A DNA stretch of 64,000 bases from Octopus vulgaris (GCA_951406725.2 OX597821.1:35154001-35218000); one strand, 5' to 3'. Positions 41,810-55,992 are shown, counted from the first letter of the stretch. Translations and numbers: made by a program. The notes: generated by a model not told the origin, from the sequence alone.

Positions 41810-42150
41810 ATTTCGCCGTCTTTACATACTGAATTCAAATTCTGCCGGGGTTGACTTTGCTTTTCATCCTTTCAGGGTTGATGAAATAAGCGCCAGTTCA
41901 GTACTAGGACTGATGTAATCGACAACCCCCTCCCTCAAAATTTTAGGCCTTGTGCCTATAGGAGAAAGGCTTATTATTGTTAAAGTGGGGAGCTGGTAGA
42001 ATCGTTAACATTCCACACAAATTGCTTCGTGGTATTTCGTCTATTTTTACTCTCCGATTTCAAATTCTCCCGAAGCATTATTTGAGCATTACGTCTATGA
42101 AACCGATTAGTTTCTCCCTGCCAAAATTTCAGGCCTTGTGCCAAGATGCA
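41810..42150 (+). mobile_element. Two degraded SINE family A copies
   Basis: Core CTTTTCATCCTTTCAGGGTTGATGAAA and tail AGGCCTTGTGCC, the tail occurring twice. Confidence 0.75.
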
Positions 42151-42199
42151 GAACGGACCGCTATCATTAATATCGTTTGATTTGACTAAGATTTGGTAG

Positions 42200-42523
42200 A
42201 ATTTATGCGGAGATCATGTTACTACCAGTAAACTAAAATTTCCACCAGCTTTCAATAATCTTTCCAGGGCTCATAATCCTACTGATAGTTTTTTCTTGTT
42301 CCTGAGAGGTAAACTCTCTGTCGAAGCTCTATAGAACGTTCCTGCTAATCCCCTTGTCTACATCATTACTCACAGCCTCTAATACACTAATTATTACAGG
42401 CACAAATTCACATTCCAAATTCTCTCGATTTTACATATTAACGGATTGTATTTTTATAATTTTTCATTTTTCTTTACAATCCCGGAATCAAACGGACTCG
42501 TTAGATCTTCACTTTTCCTTCTC

Positions 42524-42554
<31 letters not shown>

Positions 42555-42740
42555 GTTGTTGTTGTTGTTGTTGTTGCTGTTGTTGTTGTTATTGTTGTTA
42601 TTATTATTATTATTATCATCATTCAGTACTTTTATTTTTATAACGTGCTTTCACTTCACTACCGAGCGCAGCTCTGTGTGTCTTGGGTATGTGATGTGAT
42701 TTGTTGTGATGCTCTGATGATTACTGTATTGAAAGTGTTC

Positions 42741-42810
<70 letters not shown>

Positions 42811-42814
42811 GTTG

Positions 42815-42873
<59 letters not shown>

Positions 42874-42905
42874 GTTATTGTTATAATAATAATAATAATT
42901 ATAAC

Positions 42906-42936
<31 letters not shown>

Positions 42937-43830
42937 TTCGGTTTATTTCCTGGCTTCATATCCGTTTGAATAGGAAAATACCATAAAATCTTGCATTTCT
43001 GCGACTAAGGCACTCGTTCAACCCGGTGACCATATTAAGTACTTCCAGCTTCAAATCCCCATTTCTGAAAAACTTCCATTGCAAAACTTTCACAACTTAG
43101 TCATTTATCCATTTCTAATATTCACCTGAGCCATCTTGTATCATTCTGCAACAATATGTGCCACTGTTTCATTCCCAACTCCGTACTCTCTACATTTTGA
43201 TGGTATCTTCTCCCCAAGTTCTTTTCTCTCTTTTAACGCTTGATCTTGAGCTGCTATAATAAAGCCTTCAGTTCTTTTTTTTTTTTCAGTTGCCCTTGCT
43301 TCAACCAAGCTCACCTTTTTGCTCCACATACATCCTCAGTGGCTTTCCTGAACTTACTATGCAAAGGTTTCTCTTCAATTTAATATACTCTCTTTGAATT
43401 TAATTCCTGTTCTTTTCTCCTATTCTACACTTGATCACCTGTCCTTTATCCACTATCTTTAGCAGTTTCTCTGCGCGGTTCTGTAAATATTCTTGTAGGC
43501 TATGTCTTTCCATCTGTACACACTCTTCCGCAGCAAGTATGCCTCTTACATCCTGGTCTCTCTTCAAGTACAACCGGTTAACATCAGCTTTCAGCTGGTG
43601 GGCACCATACATCGTCAACAACTTTCTAGTTTTCCTGTCATGTTTCTGCATGCCACTTTTTGTCCGGATTGCAATTCCAACTCCATGTTTGATCACCCTT
43701 ACTGCTCTTGCATTTTTGCTTCACTACCATTTTTTGAATTCAGCTTTAACTGCAATATTGTTTCTCACTCTCCTCCTTGTGTTACTCCCTATCGGCAATT
43801 TGCTTAATCTTTTCAGGTTTTATTTCTTAG
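42200..43830 (-). mobile_element. Dong/R4 LINE remnant (post-RT region, zinc-finger region, RLE) split by microsatellites
   Basis: DRKTRKLLTMYGAH..ADVNRLYLKR, TEGFIIAAQDQAL, KCR..ETVAHIVAE, NKPNIII, then DLTSPFD..KYNPL..VPVII after the insert. Confidence 0.85.
42618..42743 (-). mobile_element. Short insert in (TAA)n, probable Dong/R4 3' UTR
   Basis: Unique 125-bp block bounded by (TAA)n in the same polarity as the neighbouring R4 pieces. Confidence 0.5.
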
Positions 43831-44649
43831 AGACACTTGATAAAAACAGGATACTTTAAAGAAATAAACAGAAGATTAACAGAACACGTGTGTTCTTTCA
43901 TAGATAAACCGATCCTCCGAAATTTCAGTTTCAGCTCAGAGTTCCAGAACAAGTCATAACAGATACAACTACGAAATATTATTTTTCTTAATTCAGTGAC
44001 CAATTAGAAAACAGATAAAATGTTTCGAAATAATACAGCCTCATTAATGAAGCAGTTACTTCAGTGTTCTTGTTGCAGTAATGTTGAACTTGTCACTAAG
44101 TAAATATTCAAGATTATACATATGTTGGCGTGGTGATATAGAATTGTTTTGAAATGGATGAGAGAAATAGAAATCCTCAAAATCGTCTGCTACTTTCATT
44201 TTACAGACTCTTTTGTTGACAATAACGTTGATGTCTAGCATAGGAACAAAGATGTAGGCAACATTAGATTAAGTATTCATAAGTAATTGATTGATATTTT
44301 ATTTCATTGAGTTCACAAGAAATGTCAATATTGAACTTGGCTGATTCGAGCACAAAACGTAAAAATAAAATATTTAAATAAATGAAATGCTCTTTAAATT
44401 ATTCGGATTCTATAGAAAGCAGCAAATATATCATTCTTCCAAATGATAGATTTTTTGATAAATACGGTCTTTGGGATGTTAGCCGAGTGTGGGGGCTCAA
44501 AGGGAAAGAAGCGTATTATGAACGCGAGCCAGAGGAAGCGTGGGCTAATGATAATTACAGGATTTGAATAGAAATACTTGATAAATTACTATCGAAAATT
44601 TTATTGAAGCAAGTATACCAGATATGATTGTTGGGGTAAAAAATTAGAA

Positions 44650-44940
44650 AACGTAGTATAATTTCACAGACGTTGTACTACTATGTGATACTAGAATGTA
44701 TATAAACGAAACTGAGAAAACTGAAAATATCAGGACCTAACCAGAGATATGAAGGAATTGTGGATGTCAAAGGGGACAATTGTTGTAATTGGCAGCTTGG
44801 CACAACACCCAAAGTACTATCTAATAAGCTGAAGGATACTGCTATTGATTAATTCAGAAAAGTGAAATCCTGTATTCTGCAAAAATCTTAAGAAATATTG
44901 AGACTGGAGAAGACTTGTTGCTACCAAATCTTAGCAAAAC
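44650..44940 (+). mobile_element. Degraded Dong/R4 RLE fragment
   Basis: KYQDLTRDMKELW..IVVIGSL..TPK..IQKSEILYSAKILR. Confidence 0.7.
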
Positions 44941-45504
44941 ACTCCTGATAACTAAAGCACCTTTTGTGTTAGTATACTGTATTCACACAAAATGTGATCG
45001 ATTCTGTCGTCTCCTTTCCTACAGATTCTACATTTGCTGTCTGACTGAGTTTTGTCCATCTTTGCCTTGGTCAGTTTTGTTCAAGAGCTTGTTCTGAACG
45101 GCTATAATCAACCTCCATATTTATGATTACCTCAAGTACAAGACAAAAGTCGAAACTAAACATTTAACAATACCACACAGTAGTAGTAGCAAAGATGGCA
45201 GTTTTAAATAAATAACAGTTATACTGTCACCATAGCTACAAAGGTGAGCTACAACGATACAGACCAAGACACTATTGGTGGTAACTAACGATGAGCAATG
45301 CTGTAAAAGAAACGTTAAAGTAACTATGATAGTATTAATGGCGGAGTCGACATTATTTGCAGAGACAACAACTGTCTCTACATCTTCCACAATGCAGTGT
45401 TCAATACTAATAATTTTAATGGCGCTCAAATAAGTCTAACGAAACAAAAAGTAAAACTAAAACAATACACCAGATCACTTGTCCTATGGTTAATCTGGAA
45501 ACAA

Positions 45505-46045
45505 CATAAGATATTGTGAAAAACCAAAACAATAACGCCTGTTTACTGATTGACATGAGCATACTCTGTGAGTATAATTTCTCGACAAAAGAATTTGATA
45601 AGCTCAGAAAATATAAAGATATGCTCATCGAAATCGAAAAGATGTGGCATCTCAAGACTGTTACAATACCAGTGATTGTAGGAGCACTTGGACTGCTCCA
45701 AAAAGGAACTGAAAATTATTTAAGAATAATCCCTGGATTATCATCCATGTAGGAAGTGCAAAAGATTGTCTTAACTGGTACGTCACGCGATTGAGTAGGA
45801 CATTATCGTTGTGAATTTTCTTTCCCTTTTCCCCTTTATTTTCTTTGTTTACTTTTTTATTTTTCTCTCTGTCTTTCTTCCCATTTTTCTCTATCACACG
45901 ACTTTGTAAGCGGACAATTTGGTGTGTTTATTTCAATGGCTTACGAATGTATACAGTGCGTTTCTCTGCCCCAGGTGTCAGGAAGATACTCGGCAATAAA
46001 TGAAAACAGAATTGAAAGAAGATGATAATGAAAATAATAATAACA

Positions 46046-46110
<65 letters not shown>
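45505..46110 (+). mobile_element. Dong/R4 LINE 3' end with (AAT)n tail
   Basis: CLLIDMSI..KEFDKLRKYKDMLIEIEKMWHLKTVTIPVIVGALG..IPG..EVQKIVLTGT, then UTR and (AAT)n. Confidence 0.9.
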
Positions 46111-46115
<5 letters not shown>

Positions 46116-46159
46116 ACAACCATCCAAACCAGGAATCTCGTATGATGGTTGTTACTACC

Positions 46160-46890
46160 TGACTATAATATTTATTCTAACTTTTATAGAATCTGTACGG
46201 ACTGATTTCAATGCATCAGTGACATCTGAGATATATCTATAGCATGTGTTTTTGGTAAACAACCGCAAACAGTTGCTTTCATCACAGAGGACATAGCATC
46301 TGAGATATATAAACTTCATAAACTACATCTAACATAGAGATAAGGATGTAATGAAAAATAGCAATATAAAAAAAAATAAATAAAATAAAGCTATAAATTA
46401 CCATAAAAACAAACAAACAAACAAATAATAAATAAATAAATAAATAAAAGGAAAGCGTTCCTTATACAGGGTCGACATTAAACATAAGAACAATTTTTGA
46501 AAAAAGTCTTATTTTATATTAGAAAAATATTTTACTTTACTCAACTGGTTTGTCATGGAGCTCTTACTAAACAGCTGAGAGCACTTATTTATCTAATGAT
46601 ATATATTGAATTTCGTTATTTGTTTATTTATTTTTAGCCGGTACTGATTATACATAATTTGGTTTCCTACACTATAGTACTAGTACTACTATTAGTAGTA
46701 ATAATAATAATAGTAGTAGTTACTGTTGTTGTTGTGGTAGTAGTGGTGTTGTGACGTTGGTATTTTTGGTGAGGATAGTCCTGAACGTAATGGTGGTAAA
46801 AGGCTTGCTTGATGAATACACTTAAGTACCACCATGGTATCCATTTCCCATTGATAAATTATATCTGTGCGCTGCTCATGTTTATTTATA
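46160..46890 (+). repeat. Old dispersed duplication, paralogous to about 58335-59580
   Basis: Collinear blocks AGTTGCT.TCATCA.AGAGGACAT, GATAAGGATG.AA.GAAAAATAGCAA and TTACTAAACAGCTG...GCACTTATTTAT. Confidence 0.7.
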
Positions 46891-47200
46891 TGGGAATATT
46901 GTTGTGAAATTAGGTGCCTGAGGAATGTCTGACTTGTTGCGGTATACGGTAAAGATTCAAATCTGCCGATTTTTATTTTGCCTTACATCCTTCCATGGAG
47001 TTGCTAAAATAATGTAACAGTCAAATACTATTGTCAATATGATCGACCGTTTTAAGGCGACGAGCCGGTAGAAACGTTAGCACGCCGGGCGAAATGCGAA
47101 GCTGTATTTCGTCTGCCGTTACGTTCAGTATTGAATGAAAAGATAAACGGAAAATATGACTTATATTTATAATAAAAAAAGTGTAGTAAATAAACAAACG

Positions 47201-47486
47201 AACCATTATAAATCTGCAAACTATTTAAATCTTAGATCAGAAATATTTTTCAATGCCACGACTTCGACAAGTACCATCTAGAACATTGACAGAACATACC
47301 ATTAGCTTATTGACTGGATCAATGTGTAAGTTTATGTCAGGAACAACCATAAAGTCTCAGTAACAGACATTTACTGATTTAGTTGAATGTTTTTATACTC
47401 TTTGATATTTTCAAAGACTTATCTTTCCATGCCTTCAATAATACTTTACTAAATAAGATAAGAGAAACAATTACGTCACACTAATT
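47201..47486 (+). repeat. ~285-bp direct repeat, copy 1 (copy 2 at 48883-49168; partial copy 3 at 50225-50438)
   Basis: Copies 1 and 2 are near-identical from AACCATTATAAATCTGCAAAC to CACACTAATT. Confidence 0.9.
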
Positions 47487-47639
47487 ACGTAGGCGTACAG
47501 AAAACATAGGTCACCAAATCTTCATCAGCTATCGGCCAGAGGTATCAAACGCAATTTCAGACATTATCAATAAAATTGCTTCCACTCTAGAGGCACCGAC
47601 AGGAAGCTTGCCGGGAATCGGGCCTAAACATAACTTAGA

Positions 47640-48010
47640 CAACTTAGATAACTTAGATATGTTTCGAACGAAGATTGTTCCAGGCCATTTTGTAACTTAA
47701 TAGCACCACCTGATATGTTTAGTTAAATCATTTTAAAGTCAAGTTTTGTGGTATCATGGTCGATTCGAGTAGGGAGTTCTTGTTGAGTAAGTTGTATCCG
47801 TGTATAGGTGGCTTATATGGTATTCCTCGGAGAAATTTGACCAGATTCAGTTTCAAAGTTATGGGATCCTTTGCCTTTTTGATCTGCTTCGGGACAATGT
47901 TAACAGGAACGGACTTGAAAAGAAATTGTGTTGCAATGCATTTATGAGTTGTGATCGTGAATTGGATAGGGAACGTATTGGTTCAATGGCTCGTGGACCT
48001 AGACTGGAAG
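47640..48010 (-). mobile_element. CR1/L2-group LINE 3' end
   Basis: LGPRAI..LQHNFF..FLRGIPYKPPIHGYNLLNKNSLLE; same family as 28322-28505. Confidence 0.7.
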
Positions 48011-49191
48011 GAATTTATATATATATAAAGTAGGTACTGTAAATTTAGGGTGAATACTATATATATAGAGAGAAATTACAAGGACCGATGGCTATAAATA
48101 GCAATCACTACAAACATTAGCAACATAAATTTCTCAGTTCTTACCCTTAATTTAATCAGACAAATACAGACCTTTTAGGAAAACTAATGAACTTTTCACA
48201 TATATTTACATATATCATCACCTAATTTTTCAAAATGAAATTAATAACATCGTAGTAGAATATAAAATTGTCTTAAAATAAAGAACAAAATCATCGATAA
48301 GTCGTATCCTTATTGGAATGGAATATTATACTCTAACAGTTTCAAAGACAAGCTCAAACATTTACCTGACGCCTCGCCAGACAGTTCTCAGAATTCGATT
48401 TAGCAATATCATCTGGTTTTCACATTTAAAAAATTTTAATTTAAATGTTAAATCTAATATCAATAAAAACTTCCTAGTTTTAATAATACTCGTCTCCAAA
48501 TTAACATTCGTTAAAGAAAATGATTCAATAGAAACAAACTTCAGATGTGTTTCTGTTGCATATCAAATATGAGAAGTCTTGTAATAGCAACAAAAGTGAA
48601 ATGAGGCTGACACTTGATGCAAGAACAGAAACCATACTACACAGAAACAATTAAATGTAAAGCAGAAGTCGTTTCACAAAACACAGCATAAGTATTGTGG
48701 AAGGTTAATTTAAGTAGGAAATTTTAAATCATACATGTCTCCGCTGAAATATTTAAAAAAATGGGAGAAATAGATTAAGTATATACAATTATATGTGGAA
48801 TGTCAACGAACATGCTACTGATATCTAGAGCCTCGAGAAATTCAAAAATGCAAAATATTATTGAGAATTGCTCGTATTTAGAAACCATTATAAATCTGCA
48901 AACTATTTAAGTCTTAGATCAGAAATATTTTTCAATGCCACGACTTCGACAAGTACCATCTAGAACATTTTCAGAACATACCATTAGCTTATTGACTGGA
49001 TCAATGTGTATGTTTATGTCAGGAACAACCATAAAATCTCAGTAACAGTCATTTACTGATTTAGTTGAATGTTTTTATACTCTTTGATATTTTCAAAGAC
49101 TTATCTTTCCATGCCTTCATTAATACTTTACTAAACAAGATAAGAGAAACAATTACATCACACTAATTCCCACTTGCGGTTCTAACTCTAA

Positions 49192-49303
<112 letters not shown>

Positions 49304-49489
49304 TATAAATTATATGACTAGTGTCTGAAGCTTGCCCTATCTTATATACGGAGTTCATGGCTCAAATTAGTATATGTTTTAAATAGGGTTTAATTGGTAG
49401 AGGACATATATGACTGGTCTTAGAAATTTTTGTAGGTTCCCTGCTACGACCGTGTGTTAGTATCAAGTGACAATGGTTGACGCCGTGAG

Positions 49490-50202
49490 TTAAGGCTGAC
49501 ACGGTTAGCTGAACATGTCCAACCAATCAATGTTCTGGATGTATTCTGTCAAGTGTTTGCAGAGAATGAACACATGATTAATTTTATAATCTTCTGTATA
49601 TTTCCCGCTACGTTCGTGCATTAGTGTCAGTTGGCAGTATATTTCGCTCCCAAGAAAAGGCCGATACGATTGAGTGAACATGTTTAGTTATAATCAAGGC
49701 ACTCCAAATTTATTCTGTCTCGTGGGAGAGTGGACAGGAGTCGTTTGTATGTAGTCCAGTGGCTAAAATTTACGCTGTTAGCTGTGTAGCTCCCTAATGA
49801 TAAGTGGCAGAATGAAGTTTGTGTGTGAATAGTTATTTGTGCATATACCCTGCTAAAGTTTGTAAAATCATGTATTTCATTGTGAAATATTGTTCTGTAT
49901 TTCATCAAAGTTGGGGTGCTGTAGTGTTGGGGTAAAGTTTAGGGCCTTTTGACAAAATATTAATTTCTTCTACCGAGAGAGATTTTTGGATAGGTTAATT
50001 ATCTTCGGTTTGTACCACTTAGTTTCGAGAACTCTGTCGGCTGGATCTAAAAAATGATTTTTCAAAGGCTGACACGGTTGACTGAACATGTCCAAACAAT
50101 CAATACTCTGAATGTTTTCGATCAAGTGTTTGTAGAGAACGAACACATGATTAAGTTTATAACCTTCTGTACGTTTTCCGCTACGTTCGTGCGTCAGTGT
50201 CA
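49490..50202 (-). mobile_element. Penelope-like element ORF remnant between ~137-bp direct repeats
   Basis: KIINLSKNLS.VEEINILSKG(L)NFTP resembles the PLE N-terminal NLS..LLSKGLNFxP motif; repeats at 49492-49629 and 50065-50202. Confidence 0.55.
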
Positions 50203-50559
50203 CGTCACAGTATACATTAACTAATTGATTGGATCAAAGTATAAGTTTATATCAGGAACAACCATAAATTCTCAATAATAGTCATTTACTGATTTATCTG
50301 AATGTTTTTAACAATATACTTCTTGGCATTTTCATAAATTTATTTTCCCATGCCTATTTCTATGTACGAAATTCCTTCAGTAATACTTTACTAAACAAGA
50401 TAAGAGAAACAATTACGTCATGCTAATTCCCACTTGCGGCAATAACGCATAACCACTCCTGGTTTGTAAATTGTTTGTATTTACTTTTTCCTTCTTTCCT
50501 TCTTTAAATCATTTCGCTTTCCTGTTCACATACCCAAATTTATCATCATATATATATAT

Positions 50560-50896
<337 letters not shown>

Positions 50897-50899
50897 TAC

Positions 50900-51232
50900 G
50901 GCTCAGTGGTTAGAGCGTCGAGCTTACGATCGTGAGGTTGTGAGCTCGAATCCCGGACCGGGCTGCGTGTTGTGTTTTTGAGCAAGGAACTTTATTTCAC
51001 GTTGCTCCAGTTCACTCAGCTGTAGAAATGAGTTGCGACGTCACTGGTGCCAAGCTGTATCGACCTTTGTCTTTCCCTTGGTTAACACTGGTGGCGTGGA
51101 GAGGGGAGGCCGGTATGCATGGGCGACTGCTGGTCTTCCGTAAACAACCTTGCCCGGACTTGTGTCTAGGAAGGTAACTTTCTAGGTGCAATCCCATGGT
51201 CATTCATGACCGAAGGGGGTCTTTACCCCTTT
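50900..51232 (+). mobile_element. SINE family D
   Basis: GGCTCAGTGGTTAGAGCG..GCTCGAATCCC head; matches 38689-39033. Confidence 0.88.
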
Positions 51233-51260
51233 ACATATGCTTTTACTCTGTATGTATATA

Positions 51261-51640
51261 CACTACCGTCAGAAATTAATTAGCACCCTTGATTTGCTCT
51301 TCACTCAAGGTATGTGCTGTCACCTAGTGGCCATATCTCGAACTATTGCTTTGTTGCGAGTTCACTGTTGCGCAGAACGATGACGTAACTTTGTTTGCAG
51401 AGCAGTTTGAGAGTCTACAGCCTTATGATGTTGACATAGCAGTGCAACAACAACTTGGAGTGCGGATGCAGACAAATCTTCCTTTGTTTAATAGATATAG
51501 GTAGCGCCTCGCAAGGACCGAAATCACACCGTACTAAGTTTTCTCATCGCGTAAGACGTTTTGAACAGCTCATAGGTTAATTGATTTAACTTATTTAATG
51601 TAGAAATTTGAGAAGTACTAATTAATTTCTGACGCAAGTG
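51261..51640. mobile_element. Tc1-type MITE (380 bp), TA-flanked
   Basis: TIRs CACTACCGTCAGAAATTAATTAGCAC and GTACTAATTAATTTCTGACGCAAGTG (23 of 26 match). Confidence 0.85.
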
Positions 51641-51689
51641 TATATATATATATGTAGTGTACATATATATATATATGTGTGGGGGGGGG

Positions 51690-51912
51690 TGCGCTTGTAT
51701 ATGTTTGTGTGCCTGTGTTTGTTCCCTACCAACGCTTCACAACCGATGTTGATGTATTTACGTCCCCATAACTTTGGGGTTTGGCAAAAGAGATCGATAG
51801 AATAAGTACTAGGATTACAAAGAATAAGTCCTAGATCGATTTGTTCGGCTAATGGCATACTCCAGCATGGCCACAGTCTAATGACTGAAACAAATAAAAG
51901 AATAAAAGAAAA
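51690..51912 (+). mobile_element. SINE family B 3' half
   Basis: GATAGAATAAGTACTAGG..CAGCATGGCCACAGTCTAATGACTGAAAC. Confidence 0.85.
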
Positions 51913-51915
51913 TGC

Positions 51916-51956
<41 letters not shown>

Positions 51957-52040
51957 ACATATATGGATATGTATGAGTATATATATGTATATACATATGT
52001 ATATATACATATATATGTATATACATATATGTGTATATGT

Positions 52041-52112
<72 letters not shown>

Positions 52113-52285
52113 TATATATATGTATATATATGTATGTTCGCACTTAAGAGAAATTACTCATTCAAATAGTATTAATATATAGAATATAGTGAGTTGTACT
52201 CTTTAAAATGTTCTAATTTAAAATGCACTTCAGAAAATGAAATATACCAACATTATTCTTGTGAATATTTAAGTAAAATATTTAA

Positions 52286-52391
52286 TGGTCCAGATCGAAC
52301 ATTTCCTGGGACCCATCTGACCGGAAATTACGTACCTGCCGAAGGATAACAAATATGCTTCAGTGGAAGTGCGGTTTCAAATAGAGGAAAT
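52286..52391 (+). mobile_element. Short fragment of the L1/Tx1-like ORF1 seen at 60730-60840
   Basis: QIEHFLGPI.PEITYL..NKYASVEVRFQ.EE matches QIERFLGPIWSEIT..NKYASVEVWFQTEE. Confidence 0.7.
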
Positions 52392-52520
52392 GTTTTAGTG
52401 TCTAGTGTTTTACTAAGAATTTGTTGAGGAAGATACTTGAAGATACGACGTACAATCATACTATCATTAATAGACTATATATATATATATGTATATATAT
52501 ATATGCATATATATATATGC

Positions 52521-52551
<31 letters not shown>

Positions 52552-52558
52552 TATGTAT

Positions 52559-52602
<44 letters not shown>

Positions 52603-52605
52603 ATA

Positions 52606-52904
52606 TGGAGGCGCAATGTCCCAGTGGTTAGGGCAGCGGACTCACGGTCGGAGGATCGCGGTTTCGATTCCCAGACCAGGCGTTGTGTGTGTTTATTGAG
52701 CGAAAACACCTAAAGCTCCACGAGGCTCCGGTAGGGGCTGGTGGTGACCCCCTGCTGTACTCTTTCGCCGCAACTTTCACTCTTTCTTCTGTTGGCCTGC
52801 TCGCTTAGCCAGCGGGGTGGCGTCATTTGAAGGCTAAAACAATGCGAAGCGCATTGTGACCAGCGATGTGTAGCAAAATCTGATAGTCTGGTCGGTCACG
52901 TGAT

Positions 52905-52911
<7 letters not shown>
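52606..52911 (+). mobile_element. SINE family C, tail type 2 (ends CACGTGATCACGTGA), in TG/TA tract
   Basis: Head as in 11824-12208; tail matches the solo fragment at 58915-59058. Confidence 0.9.
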
Positions 52912-52953
<42 letters not shown>

Positions 52954-54300
52954 TATGTCCGTGTGTACGTGTGTATATGTGTGTGTATTAAAAGAATTAT
53001 GAAATAGTAACCATAACTTTTGGCAGGTCTTTGAACATTGATGAGTGTGACCCATAAAAGTTCTTCTATCAAAAATATCCATAAGATACCCATTCTATTC
53101 TTTAGCCAGATATATGTACATTGCATACTATTTTATTTAATGGGACTTTCTTCTTTAACAGGATAGGGCATTATTTTTTGTTGATTTGCTGGTTTCATAG
53201 AATAAGCACCACTGGATCGTTGATATTGTTACGCGAGGAATTGAGGATAGAGAGTGTATGTAAGAGAAAGAGAACAACTTAGAGAGAGAGAGAGAGAAAG
53301 AGAGAGAGTGAAAGAGATAGAATAAAAAGAAGACAGAGATATCCAGTGAGGAAGAGAGAGAAAATGAGAGAAAGTGAAAAAAGTATCAATTATAAGTGAG
53401 AGAGAACAAGCGAAAGACCAGCAGAATTAATTGGGATTCCCGAAGGATGGTAATTTTCTTAGCTTCTTTAAACTTGAAGAGATTGCTGATGATGGCAGTA
53501 GTGATCACGATGATGAGGAGGAGGATAAAGATGATGATGAGAATCAGTTGAGTGGCGCATGGTGATGAGGATGATAATGCTAATAGGTGACAAGGATGAT
53601 GAATAGAAAGAATGGGAGTAAGAGGAAAAGATTGGTGGTAGCGAGGATGGTAAAAAAACTTAACGATTTGCATCTGCGATAGGAAGTTAGATATTCTCCA
53701 AGAGGGATTTTGGTAGATTTAATTGATAATAGTTGTCTGCTTAGGGTATTTTTAGAGTTAGTTAAAGGAAAATGGACCGATCTCATAATTTTGTAAGGCC
53801 TTTCATGAACAGTGATGGCAATATGGTTAGTGCTAAGGTCGAACATTGACAGGGGGTAAGTGTGCAGACGATGGTGACATTCTTAGAGGAGGAATGGTCG
53901 ATGTGATTAAAGTAGGTTCTCTCTGCTATGACACAGACGAATTGACAATGGGGTAAGAAATATTTACCACTTTTATAATTATAAAATTAACGAATCGTAA
54001 CACAAGTGCAATACCTCATACGACATTTAAATAATATTAGTAATTGACTCGTAGTTGGTATCGAATTGGGAAAAATAAACAAGCAAAAAAAAACAGAGTT
54101 GAATGAATTGTACTCTAGATATAGATGACAATAATAAATACTTTCAACAGAGAAACAAGGCTACAAAATATGTGGGGTAGATATAAATCGTTTAATCGAT
54201 CACTGTAGTTGCCTGGTGCTATGGTTTATAAAGTTATGGAAACTAAAATGTCATTCAGTCGAGTTCACCACCTCGCAACCTATAGAAAAACATTCAAGTG

Positions 54301-54333
<33 letters not shown>

Positions 54334-54346
54334 CACCTCCACCACC

Positions 54347-54390
<44 letters not shown>

Positions 54391-54391
54391 C

Positions 54392-54423
<32 letters not shown>

Positions 54424-54436
54424 CGCCGCCACCACC

Positions 54437-54474
<38 letters not shown>

Positions 54475-54548
54475 CACTACTACTACCACCACCACCACCA
54501 CTACTACTACAACCACCGCAACTACTACCACCACCACCACCACCACCA

Positions 54549-54624
<76 letters not shown>

Positions 54625-54628
54625 CACC

Positions 54629-54695
<67 letters not shown>

Positions 54696-54710
54696 ATACT
54701 AATACTACAA
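54301..54710. repeat. (TAC)n/(CAC)n compound microsatellite
   Basis: Seen directly. Confidence 0.95.
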
Positions 54711-55266
54711 CAATTACTTCTAATTTCCTTTATTTGCGACAGTGTTATTTTTGATGACGAGGACATTACAAAAACAGTAAATAATTTGTGTGGGTATTTA
54801 TCACAAAGAAAAAAATAGAGGTGAAGTAAAGCAGAGGAGGAGGAGGAGGAGGAGGAGGAGGAGATGAAATAAAAGTATTCGTAGCAATTACTTCAGGCAT
54901 AAACATTGTAAATAAGGAATTAGTAAAGATCTTGAAATATACTAATTTAAATAAAAGTAGAGATATTAGGAATGTGGAGTTGTTCAGCAGCAAAAGAATA
55001 AGAGATTAATGACATAAGACCGGGAGTTTTAGGGGCAGCCTTTCGTCGATTATATTGATACAGTATTTGACTGGTAGTTTATTTCATCGACCTTGAAAGG
55101 AAGAAAAGTTAAGTTGGATTTGGGGAACAGGAAAAGAGTACATTGTAAAAATCAGAGGCTATAAGAATTAAAGTAGGAAAAAGTGGTTGCAACTAGAAAT
55201 GGTATTTGCAGTGATATAACGATAGTTAATAAAGAAGTTTTTCTTAACATCCGCAACTGAAAACAT

Positions 55267-55579
55267 GTGGAGGCACATGGCCTAGTGGTTAGAGCAGCGG
55301 ACTCGCGGTCGAGGGATCGCGGGTTCGAATCTCAGACCGGGCGATGTGTGTGTTTATGAGCGAAAACACCTAAGCTCCACGCGGGTCCGGCAGAAGGTAA
55401 TGGCGAACTTCTGCTGACTCTTTCACCACAACTTTCTCTCACTATTTTCTCCTGCATCTTGCAGCTCACCTGCGACGGACCGGCGTCCCGCCCAGGTGGG
55501 GAACCTATACGCCAAGAAACCGGGAAACCGGCCCTTATGAACCAGGCATGGCTCGGTAAGGAACAAACAAAATAAACAA
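55267..55579 (+). mobile_element. SINE family C, tail type 3, 13-bp TSD
   Basis: TSD CAACTGAAAACAT at 55254-55266 and 55580-55592. Confidence 0.94.
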
Positions 55580-55699
55580 CAACTGAAAACATCGAAATCT
55601 GACGGTGTGGAAGGGTTCTGAGTAAAAAAATTCAACGTTTACAAGAAAGAATATTAATTGGAGATCCGATACATTTATGACCAGGATCTCCATCTCTTA

Positions 55700-55992
55700 C
55701 GATGACAAGTGTTCCGGTTGATATGATCTACGAAACAACCTATCGTGAAAGTAACGTGCAAGTGACTGACACGCCTACCCTTAACGTACTTCTCAGGAAA
55801 ATTTAGTATCACTCAGAGTGTGGCACAGATAACCCTTTGAATTACAGGTATGGCTCATTTTTGCCCGCTGAGTGGACTGGAGCAACGAGAAATAAAGTGT
55901 CTTGCTCAAGAACACAACGCGCTGCCTGGAATCGAAATGATGATCGTAGGGTCGTGAGCTGAATGCCCTAGCCACCAAGCTACGCGCCTTCA
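55700..55992 (-). mobile_element. Hybrid SINE: family-D-like head and core with family-C type-1 tail
   Basis: CTTGAGCAAGACACTTTATTTC core; tail aligns with 11850-12005. Confidence 0.7.

Noticed and set aside
44990-45135. Strong splice acceptor (CTCCTTTCCTACAG) suggesting a coding exon
   Set aside because: All three frames hit stops within about 75 nt, and no partner exon could be supported.
52606-52680. tRNA-like sequences here and at 12130-12208, 50900, 55267 and 61498
   Set aside because: These are SINE heads continuing into SINE bodies, several with TSDs; I could not form a complete cloverleaf.
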